Position numbers and translations under genes: made by a program. A stretch of DNA of 64,000 nucleotides from Alloascoidea hylecoeti (taxonomy: Eukaryota). Positions 1 through 12,822 of the stretch are shown piece by piece; within the stretch, counting starts at the first letter, position 1; each line of letters starts with the position of its first letter. The stretch spans positions 62,001-126,000 of the forward strand of contig BCKZ01000011.1 in NCBI GenBank assembly GCA_001600815.1. Direction: 5' to 3'. The notes below the pieces were generated by a model. The model was not told the DNA's origin and did no database searches. It worked only from the letters and a program-made list of their open reading frames with translations.

Positions 1-449
1 AATTGCAAACAATTAAACAAAAATGATAATTAATTCCTATCTGATACTATAATTAATTTTGTTTAAAAGATAATCCTTGATCATTCGTAAACATAACCTT
101 AAAATATAGTAATCATCCTTTCAATTAAGGCTTTAAAATTATCACTTTCGGGAAGTTATTATACATGATGAATTAACCATTCATATGGAAGATCCGAAAC
201 ATTTAAATATTGGTACATAATTTATAAAAAAACAATTAATTATATTCTAATACGGCTCAGGAACAAATCAAAATTTAAAATTTTAGAAATAAAATCTTTG
301 TATCAATCAATTTATTATTATTATTATCATTATTATTATTGCAACTGATTCATAAATTCTAGATATTGATAGATCGATTCTTTAATAATAAAGATTCTCT
401 ATTAACTAAGTAAATGTAATTGTTTTGATTCATAAGTTCTTAATTGATA

Positions 450-800
450 AAGTTTTAGGCGACTGGTGTAATATCAATACATTTCATAATTAATTAATAT
501 ATGAAGAATCGAGACCAATCTTTTTAAAAAATTGCCTCCTTGTTTTATTATTATTACTATCATGATACTAAATAATTAAATACACAATCTTAAGCTTAAA
601 CTTATAGTAGAGGAATATTGAATATCTAGGATTCAATTTACAAGGTCTTGATAACATATTAATTATTATTGATACAGCTGCAAATTTTTTAAAAGTTAAA
701 CAGCTAGGAACTATCGCCATTCACGATAATCTAACTCTAGCGGGATCAAATTTGATGTGACTCTATACGTTATATAGGAAGATCCATCATCTATGTCCAA
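450..800 (+). mobile_element. possible highly degenerate LINE (L1-like) reverse transcriptase relic
   Basis: The frame from ~617 reads IEYLGFNL...HDNLTLAG, resembling the L1 RT 'YLG' motif followed ~30 aa later by 'LSLAG(R)'. There are many stops and the bounds are approximate. Confidence 0.3.
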
Positions 801-3479
801 ATATATTGGCCTAGATATGACTCCAGCTATAGTTAGATCTATAGCTACTAAAGCTGAGCTAGTTATATTTTCAGATAGATACAGTTTAGCTTCAGTTCTT
901 TAAAATTGACCTAGCTATATAGAAGAACCAGTAAATATTATATATTTCAAAATGAAGATTATGTAATTATAAGATCTTTCTTAATTATAAGCTTAATTAT
1001 GGCATGGTGATTACGTGTGTCATCTAATACTGATATATACTCCTTTCAATCACATATAACCCATATTTTACTTTGAAATTTGAATTAACATAAAAATTAA
1101 TTATAAAAATCCTTACTTTTCCAAGAAATCAGAGAATCAGATCTAGAGAATCATAGAAGCAAATGAATAAATTGATGTACCGCACCTACTAGTGGTACTA
1201 AATATTAATACATCTGAAATTTTAAACCATATATGACATGTTTATTATATGGATTTTAAATTACATGTATTTTAAAGCAGATATACTATGATTAATATAC
1301 TGCCTTCATTAAACTTCGGTCTTATAATTACTTATAATTGGTACGTTTTATGACATAAGTTATCATAATTATAACGTTGGATAATTGTTAACGTTGATAT
1401 AATGATATGTATTACTTAACAAAACATCCAAGCATATATTATTTTATAATATTATTTTTCGATTACAGTAATATCAAGGATTAAGTAAAAAATAATTAAA
1501 CAATTGCAAATCAAAACAATTTTTAATTAAAATATTTATTTTTCTATGCATAATATTTTCATACTTGTTGGATTCACTGAGACATAATTTGCATATAACA
1601 AGTCGATCTCCAATATATCTTTTTGTGGTTAATTAGACCGGGTTTGGATATATTGGACAATAGATTGAAATGTGCTTCATGGGTTCACTGTTCAGGTCCT
1701 TAATAAGAAATTAAAAATTCACTTATAATTATATAAAATAATATATTTCAAAATAAACAAATCTTTAAAAAATGATTGCAGATTTAATTAATATAAATTT
1801 GTAATTGTAAGATAAAAAAATAAGGAGCAAATCATAATATAATTAAGAATATTTAGAATTTACGAATAATAATAATTTATTATGTTATTGAATTGTCATA
1901 TTGTTAAGTATATTTAATTAATATAATATACATGTCATCAAACTTAATTACACGGCCTTTGTGTAACATATGGGAAATAAACAAATTAAACAATATCCAT
2001 TTCCAAATATTAATATTTTTGTCTTCAAAAGAAGAAAGAAGAAAAGAAAAAGAAAATTGATATAGAAGTTTTCCAAAAGCTACTTAATTAATTATGAGAA
2101 CTAACTTTGGTAGACTTTGTTTACTTGGGCTTTATTAGGCGACATGTTGTTAGTTTGATGACATGAAGTGAACCGATTCAACAGGGGTAGAAACTACACG
2201 TCATAAGATATATTATGTCACGCTCAGTAAACTTCAAAGGGCATTGGGCATCAACGATATTAAGTCTGCGAATGTTTACAATTGTGTGATGGTTATAACA
2301 TCGAACTAGGCATTTTTGGAAATTATAATATATTGTAAGCATATACGGTGTAGGTACCGACAGATGTCTGTTATTGATGGAAAATGTTTATATGACCTGA
2401 GAACTTCCTGGTAGCTTATAAATATTCAAAATGCCGCCTTCAACCGTCTCTTAGGCACTTTTGTTTTGTTATATGGAATTTTCATGTGATTTCATAAAAT
2501 AGTTATGGTGTTTGTTTCTTCATGGTTAGATGCCCAAAATTTGTAATAATTATGAAGGTCTGCACCCGAAAATATTCTTCATGATCATCGTAATCGTAAT
2601 ATAATCAGTTGAACTTGAGAACATAAAGGTATTAAAAATTAAATTCATAATTATTTATAATTAATTTGATTTATTTTTAAACCATAATACGATGGTTCCT
2701 TTTAATTAATATTTTGGATTGTAATTAAATTGATGTAAAATGAGGTAAAACTTAAATACATTAACATTTAATTAAAGAGAAGGAGAATATATCAATTTAT
2801 ACATGAAAATTATATAATTATTTACTTTATCAGCGTCGTTAGAAATACACATAAAATCTCTTACATACTCACACCAAAATATAAACAATTCTCAATTTCA
2901 ATTTGAAATTTGTTAAGTGTTAAGCTTTTTAACTCGTTATTTTTTTCTGACTATTTAATTATCATCTATAGTTTATGAATTTCCATTATACGAGCTTATA
3001 TATCCTAATTTATCCATTTTTAACCTCTTTTTGCAATTGTGAATGACATGGATTAGTATATGATATACAATTTCATAAATATCGTGTTTATTTTCAATTT
3101 GATTGTAATCGATGGAGAACTATTAACGTAGGCGTCATATGTAAAATATCTATATTATCAATTGCAATTGAAATTAAAAAGTCAATGTCTATCATCTAGC
3201 TCTAGAAGGTTTGCAATAACTGTGTAGAAACTTCGATTCAACTTAAGCTTTAAATTCGGATTGATCTAGATCTAGATGATTTTTATCATTCTTTGGCCTT
3301 ATTAAACCGCTAAATGTATCCATCTTATAATTAATTGTAAGCTTACTACTATATAGCAATAACAGCAGTTTTTATATATACATAATTATATGTAACTATA
3401 AATTAAAGATAAACATTTATATCAATTGATAATTAAGCTTATTATTAATGTATATAATGTTATAGATAGGGATGCATAT

Positions 3480-4420
3480 GATGGTTGTTGTAAATATCTC
3501 TCTTGACCAATTAAGAACATTCCTGATGTTTTAAGTAATTCCAATTTTCAAAAGAGTAAAGAAGTTTCCTAAAACAAAGATATAAATCTCAATAATAACT
3601 AAATAGTTTGATATCAAACAAGTTCTTTGGATCAATTTAGCTAATTTCTGCCTATTTGGGGCGTCAAACAATTTTGCATGTAAAACAATGATTACTTCAG
3701 ACATCTCTTTTTTATTTCAAATAAGTAGTATGTTACCATTAATGAAAAATAAGGGTAAAACATTTATTGATGATTGTCTCTTAAGCTGCTGATAATTGTG
3801 TTAAAAGATATTTATGTAGTGCAACTTAATTAGTCAGTGGTTTCAGCTGTCATTTTCTGCAAAGACACTGGAAAACAGGTTACTGTCATGATCAATCAAA
3901 AAGAAAATTATATCTTAAAAAGTTATTGGAAAAAAACGCTAGCGTTGTTTCAGATCCTATTTCTTTTCTTAAAAATACTCTTATAATTATATTAAAATGT
4001 TATAATGTATTATAAAAATTAAAATAGAATCGAAAAGTATTCTCGATCTAAAATAAATAAAACATAAAGCGTCGCTTTTCCAAAAAGTATTACCGAATTA
4101 TATAATACATTAAGCGTACCTGCAGCTCTCATTCATAGTTTGACACCTGTGCCATAACAGAATCATCGATATAAATAACAAATTCAGTAATTCAATTACT
4201 TCAATGGAATGTACCTGCATATAACGGATTTTTGAAACATATGCATAAAACTAACCACCTTTCATCATACTTCTTTGAAACCGTAGTTTTTGTGTTCACC
4301 TAAGGCTGTTGATAATAAGTAAAATATCTGTTTTTGTAAACAGTTTGATATATAAATTTTACTTATCTAACATTTCTATAACATTTTTAACATTCTTCAT
4401 AATATACAGTCCGATATTGA
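3480..4420 (-). mobile_element. possible ancient Ty1/copia RT-RNase H relic
   Basis: Scattered minus-strand peptides fall in the correct copia order: NVKN..LDK*NLYIK (DVKxAFL..L.E.IY.K), YGFKE (YGLKQ), FVIYIDDSVMA (LYVDD), INGNILLI* (NGxxIxW), FDIK (HIDIK). The region is heavily frameshifted. Confidence 0.35.
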
Positions 4421-6340
4421 AATATACAAAGAATATTATACATATAATTTGTATTTTATGGATTTTGATAATAGATCAGGAGAATATTAATATTAATTTT
4501 TTAATGCTTACTAAAACTATATACAGCCGTTAAATTCATAGTTGTACAATTAATAATAATCAGCTAATAATTATATTGCTCATTTCACCTTAAATCAAAT
4601 AAATTATCAAGTTTATTCATTATATTCAATATTATATAATGATGTTATGATCTCACATCAATTTAGTTGTTATAGGTTTATCTTATTAAATCTAAAGCAA
4701 CAATTGACTAAAACTAAAACCATTAGACATGATACAATGACAATATTAAACGTAATTTACAATTTTATATTTTGATGATGATACCATGTAACGTTTTACG
4801 TTTATTCTAATATATTGTAAAGTTATTGAAATGTTGATACTTTAGCTAGATAACTAGCTAGATTAGGCCTAGACTTGCCTAAAGCTTACGATTAGTGTTG
4901 ATGACAAGTTGACAACATGAAACTTATAATTAAGATAATTTATGGCTATTTGTTAAACTTATTCGATATCCTGATTAAATCCCAAAATCAAAAAAGAGAA
5001 ATATAATGCCAAATGAATTTACATCGATCAGGTCTAGAAAACTTCATGTTATTTTAAGAATGTAATAAGTAATAATAATGATATATACAGCGCTAGCAGA
5101 TGAAATAGATTCATTATATTGTGGCTGAAGTTATAAATAAACTTTACCCGTATAAATTTCTTTTATATTTCAATTGATCATGACATCGATTAATATATGA
5201 GAATTCCTTTGTCGATAGATTAGTAATCATATCAATCAAGTAAATATTGCATATTTATGTAAGCCATAATTTCACCATCACATAAATATAAATCTGACTA
5301 ATGAGCGACCACTAGACTAATATTAATGATATATGCTGTAGCCGAGAAACTTTAGAACAATAATTGTACCCGAAAGAATTAATCATCTGAGAAATTTCAC
5401 AAATGGAACATCATTTTTTCTAGAATATAAGTGTATCACCTAGCCTTCAAATTTACTAATTTTAAAGTGGTGTTACTTTCTTATAATTAGTATAATATGC
5501 AATTTTTAAATTTGGTTATGAGTATATTAAGCTTCTGTCATCTTAAATATATACGCGTGATTATGATCTGATCTATTAATTTCATATTACATATGCATGT
5601 TAACATAATTGCAATGAAAAACATTTACAGTAATAATTATAATTGACATGCATATGATAGGCTGCAGTCTTTTTCCAGTTGAAAAAGTAAAAGAACAATG
5701 ATATTAATAATTTTCATTTGTATTCATACAGTAAAATCACACAAGTAATAAAATGTGGAAAAATACAAAATTAATTCGTCAAGTGGGAGTTAATACGACT
5801 CGCACCACAATATGCACATACACTTATTGTCAGTACAAAATATTCACTAAAGGCAAATGTTAAAATATAAAAATCATCAGCTATGAAGCTCTTTGTTTAC
5901 AGTATTTTTTCAATTCACTGAATATAATTTGATTTCTGCTAACTAACACAAACGTAATTAGCCGTAAATAGCCAACCTGCAATAGTTATACTGTAATGTA
6001 AGTTATACCTTAGGCTGGTTAATGTGTCCGAAAATAAGTCAATTGCTTTGTTTGTTAAAGTATTGTTTCTGTTATATCTGATTATTTTGAGCTAGTTGAA
6101 AATTACAAGAATCTAATTATAAAACCTCTTGAACTATATACTGAACAATTTCACGATCTCTAATATTAATGTTTAACAAATGGCGACTCTTTGGACACTT
6201 CGTGACTTCATTGTATATTATAGAAATCCAATTTATAATACTGCGGTATTATAAATCCCGTATAATTAATGTATTTGAAGAATATGCATTATAACAATCT
6301 CTAGTAGGATTCAAGTATACTAAATTTTATCATCGATAAC

Positions 6341-6407
6341 CAATAAAGTTATAAGTGCCTGTTGATCTCTTGTGAACAGTTCTAAGAGTGTCATATAATA
6401 TTCAACA
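6341..6407 (+). mobile_element. 67-bp mini LTR-like element, degenerate copy
   Basis: Homologous to 26478-26570 (minus) and 37544-37594 (AAAGTT..AAGTGCCTGTT; GTGAAC.GTTCTAAGAGTGT; ..TCAACA end). It is flanked by the direct repeat ATAAC (6336-6340, 6408-6412), and the left TGT is mutated. Confidence 0.65.
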
Positions 6408-6829
6408 ATAACTTTTCCCTTACCTATATTAATTTGACAGTATAAAGAATTTTTATATAGGCCTACAGTGAGCCTATAGGGTAAGACGTGTAACAACCGC
6501 GATTTTGAAGTCCCGTAAAACTTAAACTTTTTAGAATATCCAACCCAACACCAAAATAAAGTATAGAAAAACTAAAGAAATGGCTAGAAGCTGAGAAAGG
6601 ATGTCTAAAATTTTAAAAAGCTATTTTATACAGCCCGGGTATTTTAGATGAGAAAAAACTGCACGAGTCCCAAAAACACTGAAAGGTCGAATTAATTACG
6701 TTGTTTTCAAAAAACATCGACCATCAACAACTAGTCGAAATGAAATCTAATAGTTCAAAAGAAGAGGCTTAAATCTCAAATCATATTGAAGAAAAATCTG
6801 AGTTTGGATGTGAGATCACAATTTCTTCA

Positions 6830-6960
6830 TCCTATTCCATTATTCCATGTTAATATATTCGAGCAAAGGTCTGTTTTGAACACTCTAATTTGTTCAAAGT
6901 AAAAGTTCTGGATCGCCACTACACCTGTTAAGGGTATAATGATTGACCAATAGGAAAGGC
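6830..6960 (-). pseudogene. degenerate 18S rDNA fragment (V4 region)
   Basis: The plus strand CCTATTCCATTATTCCATGTTAATATATTCGAGCAAAGGTCTGTTTTGAACACTCTAATTTGTTCAAAGTAAAAGTTCTGG is the reverse complement of the conserved fungal SSU segment with several substitutions. It is only ~130 bp and has no flanking rDNA. Confidence 0.85.
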
Positions 6961-7923
6961 TTGATTACATTGTTGTTGAGGCGCTTATTTTAAACAAGCC
7001 AGACAATTACAGAAGTTTTAATCCTCGAATGAGAATGATATGTATAACGGATGGTTCTATGCCTTCAATATTTGACATCAGAAGTTGAGATATAAACATG
7101 CAACTTACCCATTCCTGATTCAAAGAAGGAAGAGGTATCATTGGTACCGTTTACAGCGTCAACAAATATAAGGCCTTACATATAATAAGAGGAGCATTTG
7201 GAACATGATTAGCAATTTTCAAGGGAATTAAAGTTGTTCTAAACTAGGTGGGAAATTTTGGTGAAGCTTAAGAAAAGCATGAAAAGTGGGAAGTGATTTC
7301 ATTCAATACAGAAGATAAAAAAATAATTCTTTGTAATTGTAGATGCATATGATTTAAAAGTATATTTATGAAGAACGTATGCATAGATCTGACCCAAATG
7401 TAGTTTGTTTATCAAAGACAGACACAATAGTTACATAGAATAGAACTTTATAAAGCTATGTAGAATTAATAATTTCGAGGTTATTATTTCTGTCTACACG
7501 TTTCGTATAACATGTCACTAATGTTAGATGTGACGTGCTATAACGGTAGCTTGAGGCAGCTTACAAGAAATATAATGCAGAACATTACGTAAGTTTGGCC
7601 AGAAATTCCGTTCCTACTACCCAGAAAGCAGAATTCTTGGAACAATATGATACTTATCGAAACTAGGTATTGGCCTCTAGGCTGTGACACACTGGCTGGT
7701 ACAAATTATCATCATTAAATCCGGAAGAAGTGTTGAACAAGTAATGGAAGAAACACAACCAATTCAAAATAAGACCATCATATATGGAGGGCTCACTAAA
7801 GAGGCTGATAGACTCAACATTAAGTTGGCTGGTTGTGGTAGAATATTTGAAAGTTGCTCATTTGCTGTTGATGATTGAGTCCTATTGGCGCTACTCCATA
7901 GATGTACCAGTGCCACATAAAGC

Positions 7924-7964
7924 ACTCAATCCACTGGAAAACTCAATCCACTGGAAAACTCAAT
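7924..7964. repeat. 17-bp tandem repeat (ACTCAATCCACTGGAAA) x2.4
   Basis: Read directly from the sequence. Confidence 0.85.
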
Positions 7965-8546
7965 TATAACATATTCTAACTTAATTCAGATGCGAGGGTT
8001 TTACAAAATTGTTCCTTTTCTTAACATTTATGAAATCATGGAAATAGTGAACGATACTTCTGTAGCTGCTGATCCAATTGTCTACTATCTAGAGCTGAAT
8101 CTGTCAACCCTGTATCGCTTACAACTCGTCTGACTGATGTATTGGCTAATGATGACTTCTTACAATGGCTTTTAGCATCACTTCCTTGTCTATTGATACA
8201 AGAGCTCTGATGCTTCTTTTAGATTTCACCATTCGTGATCGTGGGGTAATGAAAAAAGACTATAACTTCGGGTTTAATGGAGAAGCATGTGCGAAAACCT
8301 TGGACCATGCGAAAACTTTGGGACTACTCCTATATAATTATAGTGATTCTATTGATTAATTAAAGTATTATGCGAGCAGTATTCCAGTTATAGTTATTCG
8401 TGGCCATGGTCAATTGTATGAGAAGTGTAAGACCTACTTAAGTAAGATCTTAATTATAGTGTATATGAACTTGAAGGTAAACATTTACAAACTTAAGCAT
8501 CATGTTGAAAGAAGATACAATAAATTAAAAAGAAAAACATAAAAAT

Positions 8547-9502
8547 TTATTTGTTAGAATTCGTAGTTGGTAATAATCTTTCAGTTTCATCAAGTTCATT
8601 ATTTAAATTTTCATCTTGTGATGAAATTGAATAACCAAGTTCATTAACACAATTTAACATTTTTTCATGGGTTGTTTCCATTAATTTAGTAACATCATTT
8701 GAATTAAGACCTTTTGTTTCAATTTTTTCCAATATTTTAACTTTAATTATACCAGAATTAAAAATCAATTTATTAAAATTAAAAAGATTACTTGTATTAC
8801 TAATAACAATTGGTATAATTGGTAAATTTGAATCAATTGCTAAATGAAAAGCACCTTTTTTAAAATTATTTAATGCTGGAATTAATGAATTTGATCTTGT
8901 ACCTTCAGGAAAAATATATAATATTTTTTTTGAAATTTTAATATCATTTTCTGCATTTTTTAAAACTTGTAATGATTGTTGACGATTTTTACGATTTAAA
9001 AAATATGTTCCACTTAATGACATATACCAACCAAGTATTGGAATATATTTTAATGATTTTTTTGATGTTATTACACCATATGGTGGCATTATTTTACCAA
9101 TTAAATGAATATCTAAGACTGATTGATGATTTGAAATTATAATTGCTGATTCATTGGTTTGAGATAATTCTTTTAAAATATCTTCATTTTCTATGTTTAC
9201 TTTGATTCGAAGTAAAAATTTAAATAATGTATAAAATACTCGAGCTGTTGAATATTGAGCATATTTCGTCTTTCCAATTAATGCGAGAATAGTTGAAGCA
9301 ATAACACCTATATTATTGACATTGTTAGTTTATAAAGATCTTTAATACTCATGATCGTGTGACAAAAATCTCGAAGGAGCACAAATCAATTGTTAACAAA
9401 TATCCACATACCATAAGATGCACTAACTGAGAGAACAAAAGCAGCTAATGCTGTTTTGTAATAAAACTTCAATGGTTTAAACAAAGTACTAATAATCGAC
9501 AT
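8547..9502 (-). CDS. SLC1: 1-acyl-sn-glycerol-3-phosphate acyltransferase; exons 9502-9412, 9307-8547 (~283 aa)
   Basis: NHQSxLD and FPEGTRS acyltransferase motifs are present. The intron GTATGT..ACTAAC..TAG joins the frames. Confidence 0.92.
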
Positions 9503-9899
9503 TTTAAAATAATCTCACAAATGGAAGTCATAATCTTTTTTTTTAGTTTCTTTTTAGATGCTTTGTGAATGGATGTTTCAATAAACTTTAACTATTATAA
9601 TTTTCTTATGTGAGCAATGAGCATCAAAAGAACCACAATTTTTTTTAAAAGTTTAACGAATTTGTTTACTGTCGGTATAAAAGGTACACTTCTTAGATGA
9701 GACACTGGAGAATCTGGTAGTGTTTTTATATATTTTAGAAATCTTTGGTGCTGTTTAGCAGGTGGAATACATCTTAAAGAAGGAGGCATATTCCCCGCAA
9801 AGAGATCCGATTAACTAGTATATTTTGTTATTCAAAAAGGGTGATGATGGCCGACAAATAACTGCTTTCTTTTCTCTTAGATCAGTTGAGGATATCCAG

Positions 9900-10290
9900 A
9901 ACATGATGGCCACCCTTTGCCTGCCATCCAAAACTAACCAAGAACGCAAGTACTGGCCATTATGTGAGTAAGCTATGTTTGGGGTGGTTCGGGAAATTCT
10001 TAATCAAACACCAACCGCGCGAGACTCTATCAGGCCATCGAAGGTGGCTAATCTTCACTTGTTTCGCTCTTTCTAATCGAGCCCTACATTGGCAATATAT
10101 ATTTTCTGGTCATACGACTCAACTGATCCTGTTGTTGGACGTTATCTATTTTGGTCCATTGAAGATGACGTTCCACAGATTCAACATAAATATTCTCTAC
10201 GCACCAAAATCAACTCACCTATCGAAAAAGAACTTTGTACCGGTGATCTATGCAAGAAATACACAAGATGAATTGAGAAATTTTTCATAG
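9900..10290 (+). mobile_element. pogo/Fot1-type (DDE_1) transposase relic
   Basis: The peptide ...LGWFGKFLIKH...SGHTTQLILLLDVIYFGPLKMTF...KKNF...AR matches the DDE_1 consensus W...F...PPHxTHxLQPLDVGxFGPLK. The LDGH segment is deleted and no TIRs were found. Confidence 0.65.
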
Positions 10291-10881
10291 AAATTAGTCC
10301 TTTTAAATTTGTAGGTTGAAAGCAACCACTATGCGGGGGACATATGTTAGAAGGATAATTCTTAAGGAGTGAAAACTAATTGCAAACGATTCAATTTCTG
10401 GACTTAAACAACCTATATTTCTCTTAAAAATAAAATGAAGTAATTGAGGAACGATAGGAAAGGCAAGAGTTAAATTGTTTAAAGAAAATCCAGCAAGCCT
10501 AGAGCGTAAAAAAAAGAAACCTCTTTAACTTTGAATTGAGAACGGAGGAACTTATCAGACATTGTTAGGGGAATTCGAATCTATTAGGATAAGTAGTTTA
10601 TATATTACTTACAGAATATCTGATGAATTCATATTTATTTATGTTGATTGCTTTTAGTAAACATTTGTTTTTCAGTTTATATTACTCTCTATAAGGATCC
10701 TAGTCTGTGTGAAACTAAATGATCATCTCTTAATTCATAAATGGAAATATTCGATTAATATGGGGTTAATAAATGGATAGCTGATTACAAGAATGATAAA
10801 CATTAAACATAACATGAAGATAAATATAGAATGATTTACTATGGACGAACTCACCGTATCTCCAAATTCAAAACATTATAA

Positions 10882-11817
10882 TTATTCAGAATCATCATCT
10901 TCTGTATATTCAACATCTTGTGGATCTTCATTATCAGGAATAACTTCATCTGATGATTCAGAATAATCATCTTCTTCATCTTCTAAATCATCGCTTTCTT
11001 CATCAAATATTATTGCAGGTCTCGGCCGTTTTTGATTCTTAATTTTATTTTTTGAATTTGAAGTTTTATCATCAGTTTCTGTTTCATTATCCGTAATTGT
11101 ATTACTATTTTCTCTTGAAGATTCATCATTATTTATTTCATTTCCATTTTCAACTTCAATTTTTTTAATTTTATTATTTTTTTTAATTTTTTTTAAATCA
11201 ATACCAATTCCTTCTAATTCTTTTTTTAATTCTAAATTTTCTTTAATTTTTTTGGCCTTTATTTGACTAAATCTACCATTCATACCAATATCTTTTAAAA
11301 TTGTTTTCAAATAATTAATTTTTTCAAAATTTGAATTACATGGTAATAATTCTTTTTTCCATTGTTTTATAATACCACATTGTCTTAATTGCTTTGTTAA
11401 TAAATTGATTTTATCTAATTCATTTTTATTTAGATCTCTTGATGTTATATTTATTTTATATTTTTCAAGTTTTGATGTTGATGTTGATGTTGATTCTAAT
11501 GTTGATTTTGATGTTGAAGTTTTATTTGAAGTACGTGACTTTGAATTACGATGTGCTTTTGATTTTTTATGAACATCATAGCGAGATATTTCTGGTGATT
11601 GTGATTCTGAAGGTAAACGTCCTAATTTTGGTTTTTTAACAGAGGTTGAAGTTATTGAAGATCCTGAATCTTCATCGTCCGATAGAATACGCGTTCGCTT
11701 TTTCCGTCTTTGAGAAGGGCGTTCCATTTGAGATAGTTGAGTCGATTCTAATTCAGATTCTCCTTCAATATCCGAAGCTGTAACTTTTTCAGCAGATGTG
11801 TATCTATCCGTAATCAT
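10882..11817 (-). CDS. HIRIP3-like acidic/basic histone-chaperone-type protein (311 aa)
   Basis: The core LRQCGIIKQWKKEL...LKTILKDIGMNGRFSQIKAKKIKE..EL resembles the conserved HIRIP3 C-terminal domain. The protein has an acidic tail. Confidence 0.65.
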   Translation of the reverse strand: MITDRYTSAEKVTASDIEGESELESTQLSQMERPSQRRKKRTRILSDDEDSGSSITSTSVKKPKLGRLPSESQSPEISRYDVHKKSKAHRNSKSRTSNKTSTSKSTLESTSTSTSKLEKYKINITSRDLNKNELDKINLLTKQLRQCGIIKQWKKELLPCNSNFEKINYLKTILKDIGMNGRFSQIKAKKIKENLELKKELEGIGIDLKKIKKNNKIKKIEVENGNEINNDESSRENSNTITDNETETDDKTSNSKNKIKNQKRPRPAIIFDEESDDLEDEEDDYSESSDEVIPDNEDPQDVEYTEDDDSE

Positions 11818-11885
11818 TTCATAGTATTTGATGTTGTAATATTAATTGTTTAAATGTATATTATTTTAAATTAGTAAGGGAAAAA

Positions 11886-12608
11886 CTATTTAAGGGAACT
11901 CCAAACATCAGATAAACCAAAAAAAGAAGTAACAACACCAGAAATTCCAACAATTCCATCATCAACATCAACATATTTTAAACGTTTACTAATGATAATA
12001 ACATCCAATAAATCCCATATAAATTTTTTTTGTGATTGATAAATTTCATTATTATTATCATTAATTAAATCTTTTTCACTTTCATAATCACATTCATTTT
12101 TTAATGCATTTTTTTTATCATAACCAATTTGTAATCTACGTAAACTGTTTATCATGCCACTTATTAAACCCAATAAACAAAACCTGTAACCAATATCTCT
12201 TATCCACCTTCTGGTAATTTTAGTTCTACCTATTACCCCTATAATCATCAACCAATTAATTGTATCGATTGTTAAATAAATAGCAAACGAAATGTTTCTT
12301 ACTACCCCGCTTAATCGTAAAACACTATCTCTCAATCGATCATCCATAATGGTAGTAGCAGCATGGAATAGAGATAAAGGCCTCAAAGCTCTAAAAGGTT
12401 TCCTTGCTAAAGATAAATGTTTTGATATATTTGTCCAAAACCGCGAACTTGATTGAGAATAACCGGTCCTATGACGATGAAACGCCATAAACAAGGATAG
12501 ATACTGAATAACACGTAATAATCTTTCTCTTCCTGCTGTTTTTTCCAACAACCTCAGTAAACGAAAAAAAGAAGGATGATACATTAAAGTCTCTAATATC
12601 AACGCCAT
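11886..12608 (-). CDS. PEX11: peroxisomal membrane protein Pex11 family (240 aa)
   Basis: N-terminal YHPS..R....LE..AGRERLLRVIQY, ARKPFRALRP and C-terminal DDGIVG..GVVTS match Pex11. Confidence 0.88.
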   Translation of the reverse strand: MALILETLMYHPSFFRLLRLLEKTAGRERLLRVIQYLSLFMAFHRHRTGYSQSSSRFWTNISKHLSLARKPFRALRPLSLFHAATTIMDDRLRDSVLRLSGVVRNISFAIYLTIDTINWLMIIGVIGRTKITRRWIRDIGYRFCLLGLISGMINSLRRLQIGYDKKNALKNECDYESEKDLINDNNNEIYQSQKKFIWDLLDVIIISKRLKYVDVDDGIVGISGVVTSFFGLSDVWSSLK

Positions 12609-12735
12609 TTCTTTCTGGATCTATAAATATTTGTGTTTAAAATAAGAGTATTGTCAGATGGAAGGTTAATGTTTTGAGTATATGCACAGTCACGTGCAGA
12701 TGTCTCACGACGGACAATAAATAAAAAAAGAAATG

Positions 12736-12822
12736 CTTCCCCGCCAGGGGTCGAACCTGGAATCTTTCGCTTGTGACCAATTTGAATCGTAGGCGAACGC
12801 CTTGCCATTGGGCCACGAGGAA
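12736..12822 (-). tRNA. tRNA-Arg(ACG) with 15-nt intron (12772-12786)
   Basis: The minus strand reads TTCCTCGTGGCCCAATGGCAAGGCG-TTCGC-CT-ACG-A-[TTCAAATTGGTCACA]-A-GCGAA-AGATTCCAGGTTCGACCCCTGGCGGGGAAG. The cloverleaf stems pair, and a T-run Pol III terminator follows. Confidence 0.95.

Noticed and set aside
1609..1657. 11-bp inverted repeat (also imperfect hairpins at ~24590-24635 and ~825-850)
   Set aside because: Short AT-rich stems like these are expected by chance and have no supporting context.
2180..2400. Possible copia integrase zinc-finger/core relic (LSKLQRALGI..., SVIDGK)
   Set aside because: The HHCC and D,D35E residues are not recoverable; too weak to call.
6489..6820. TGTAACAACC.. 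as a gypsy solo LTR
   Set aside because: No matching end with a TSD and no second copy in the window.
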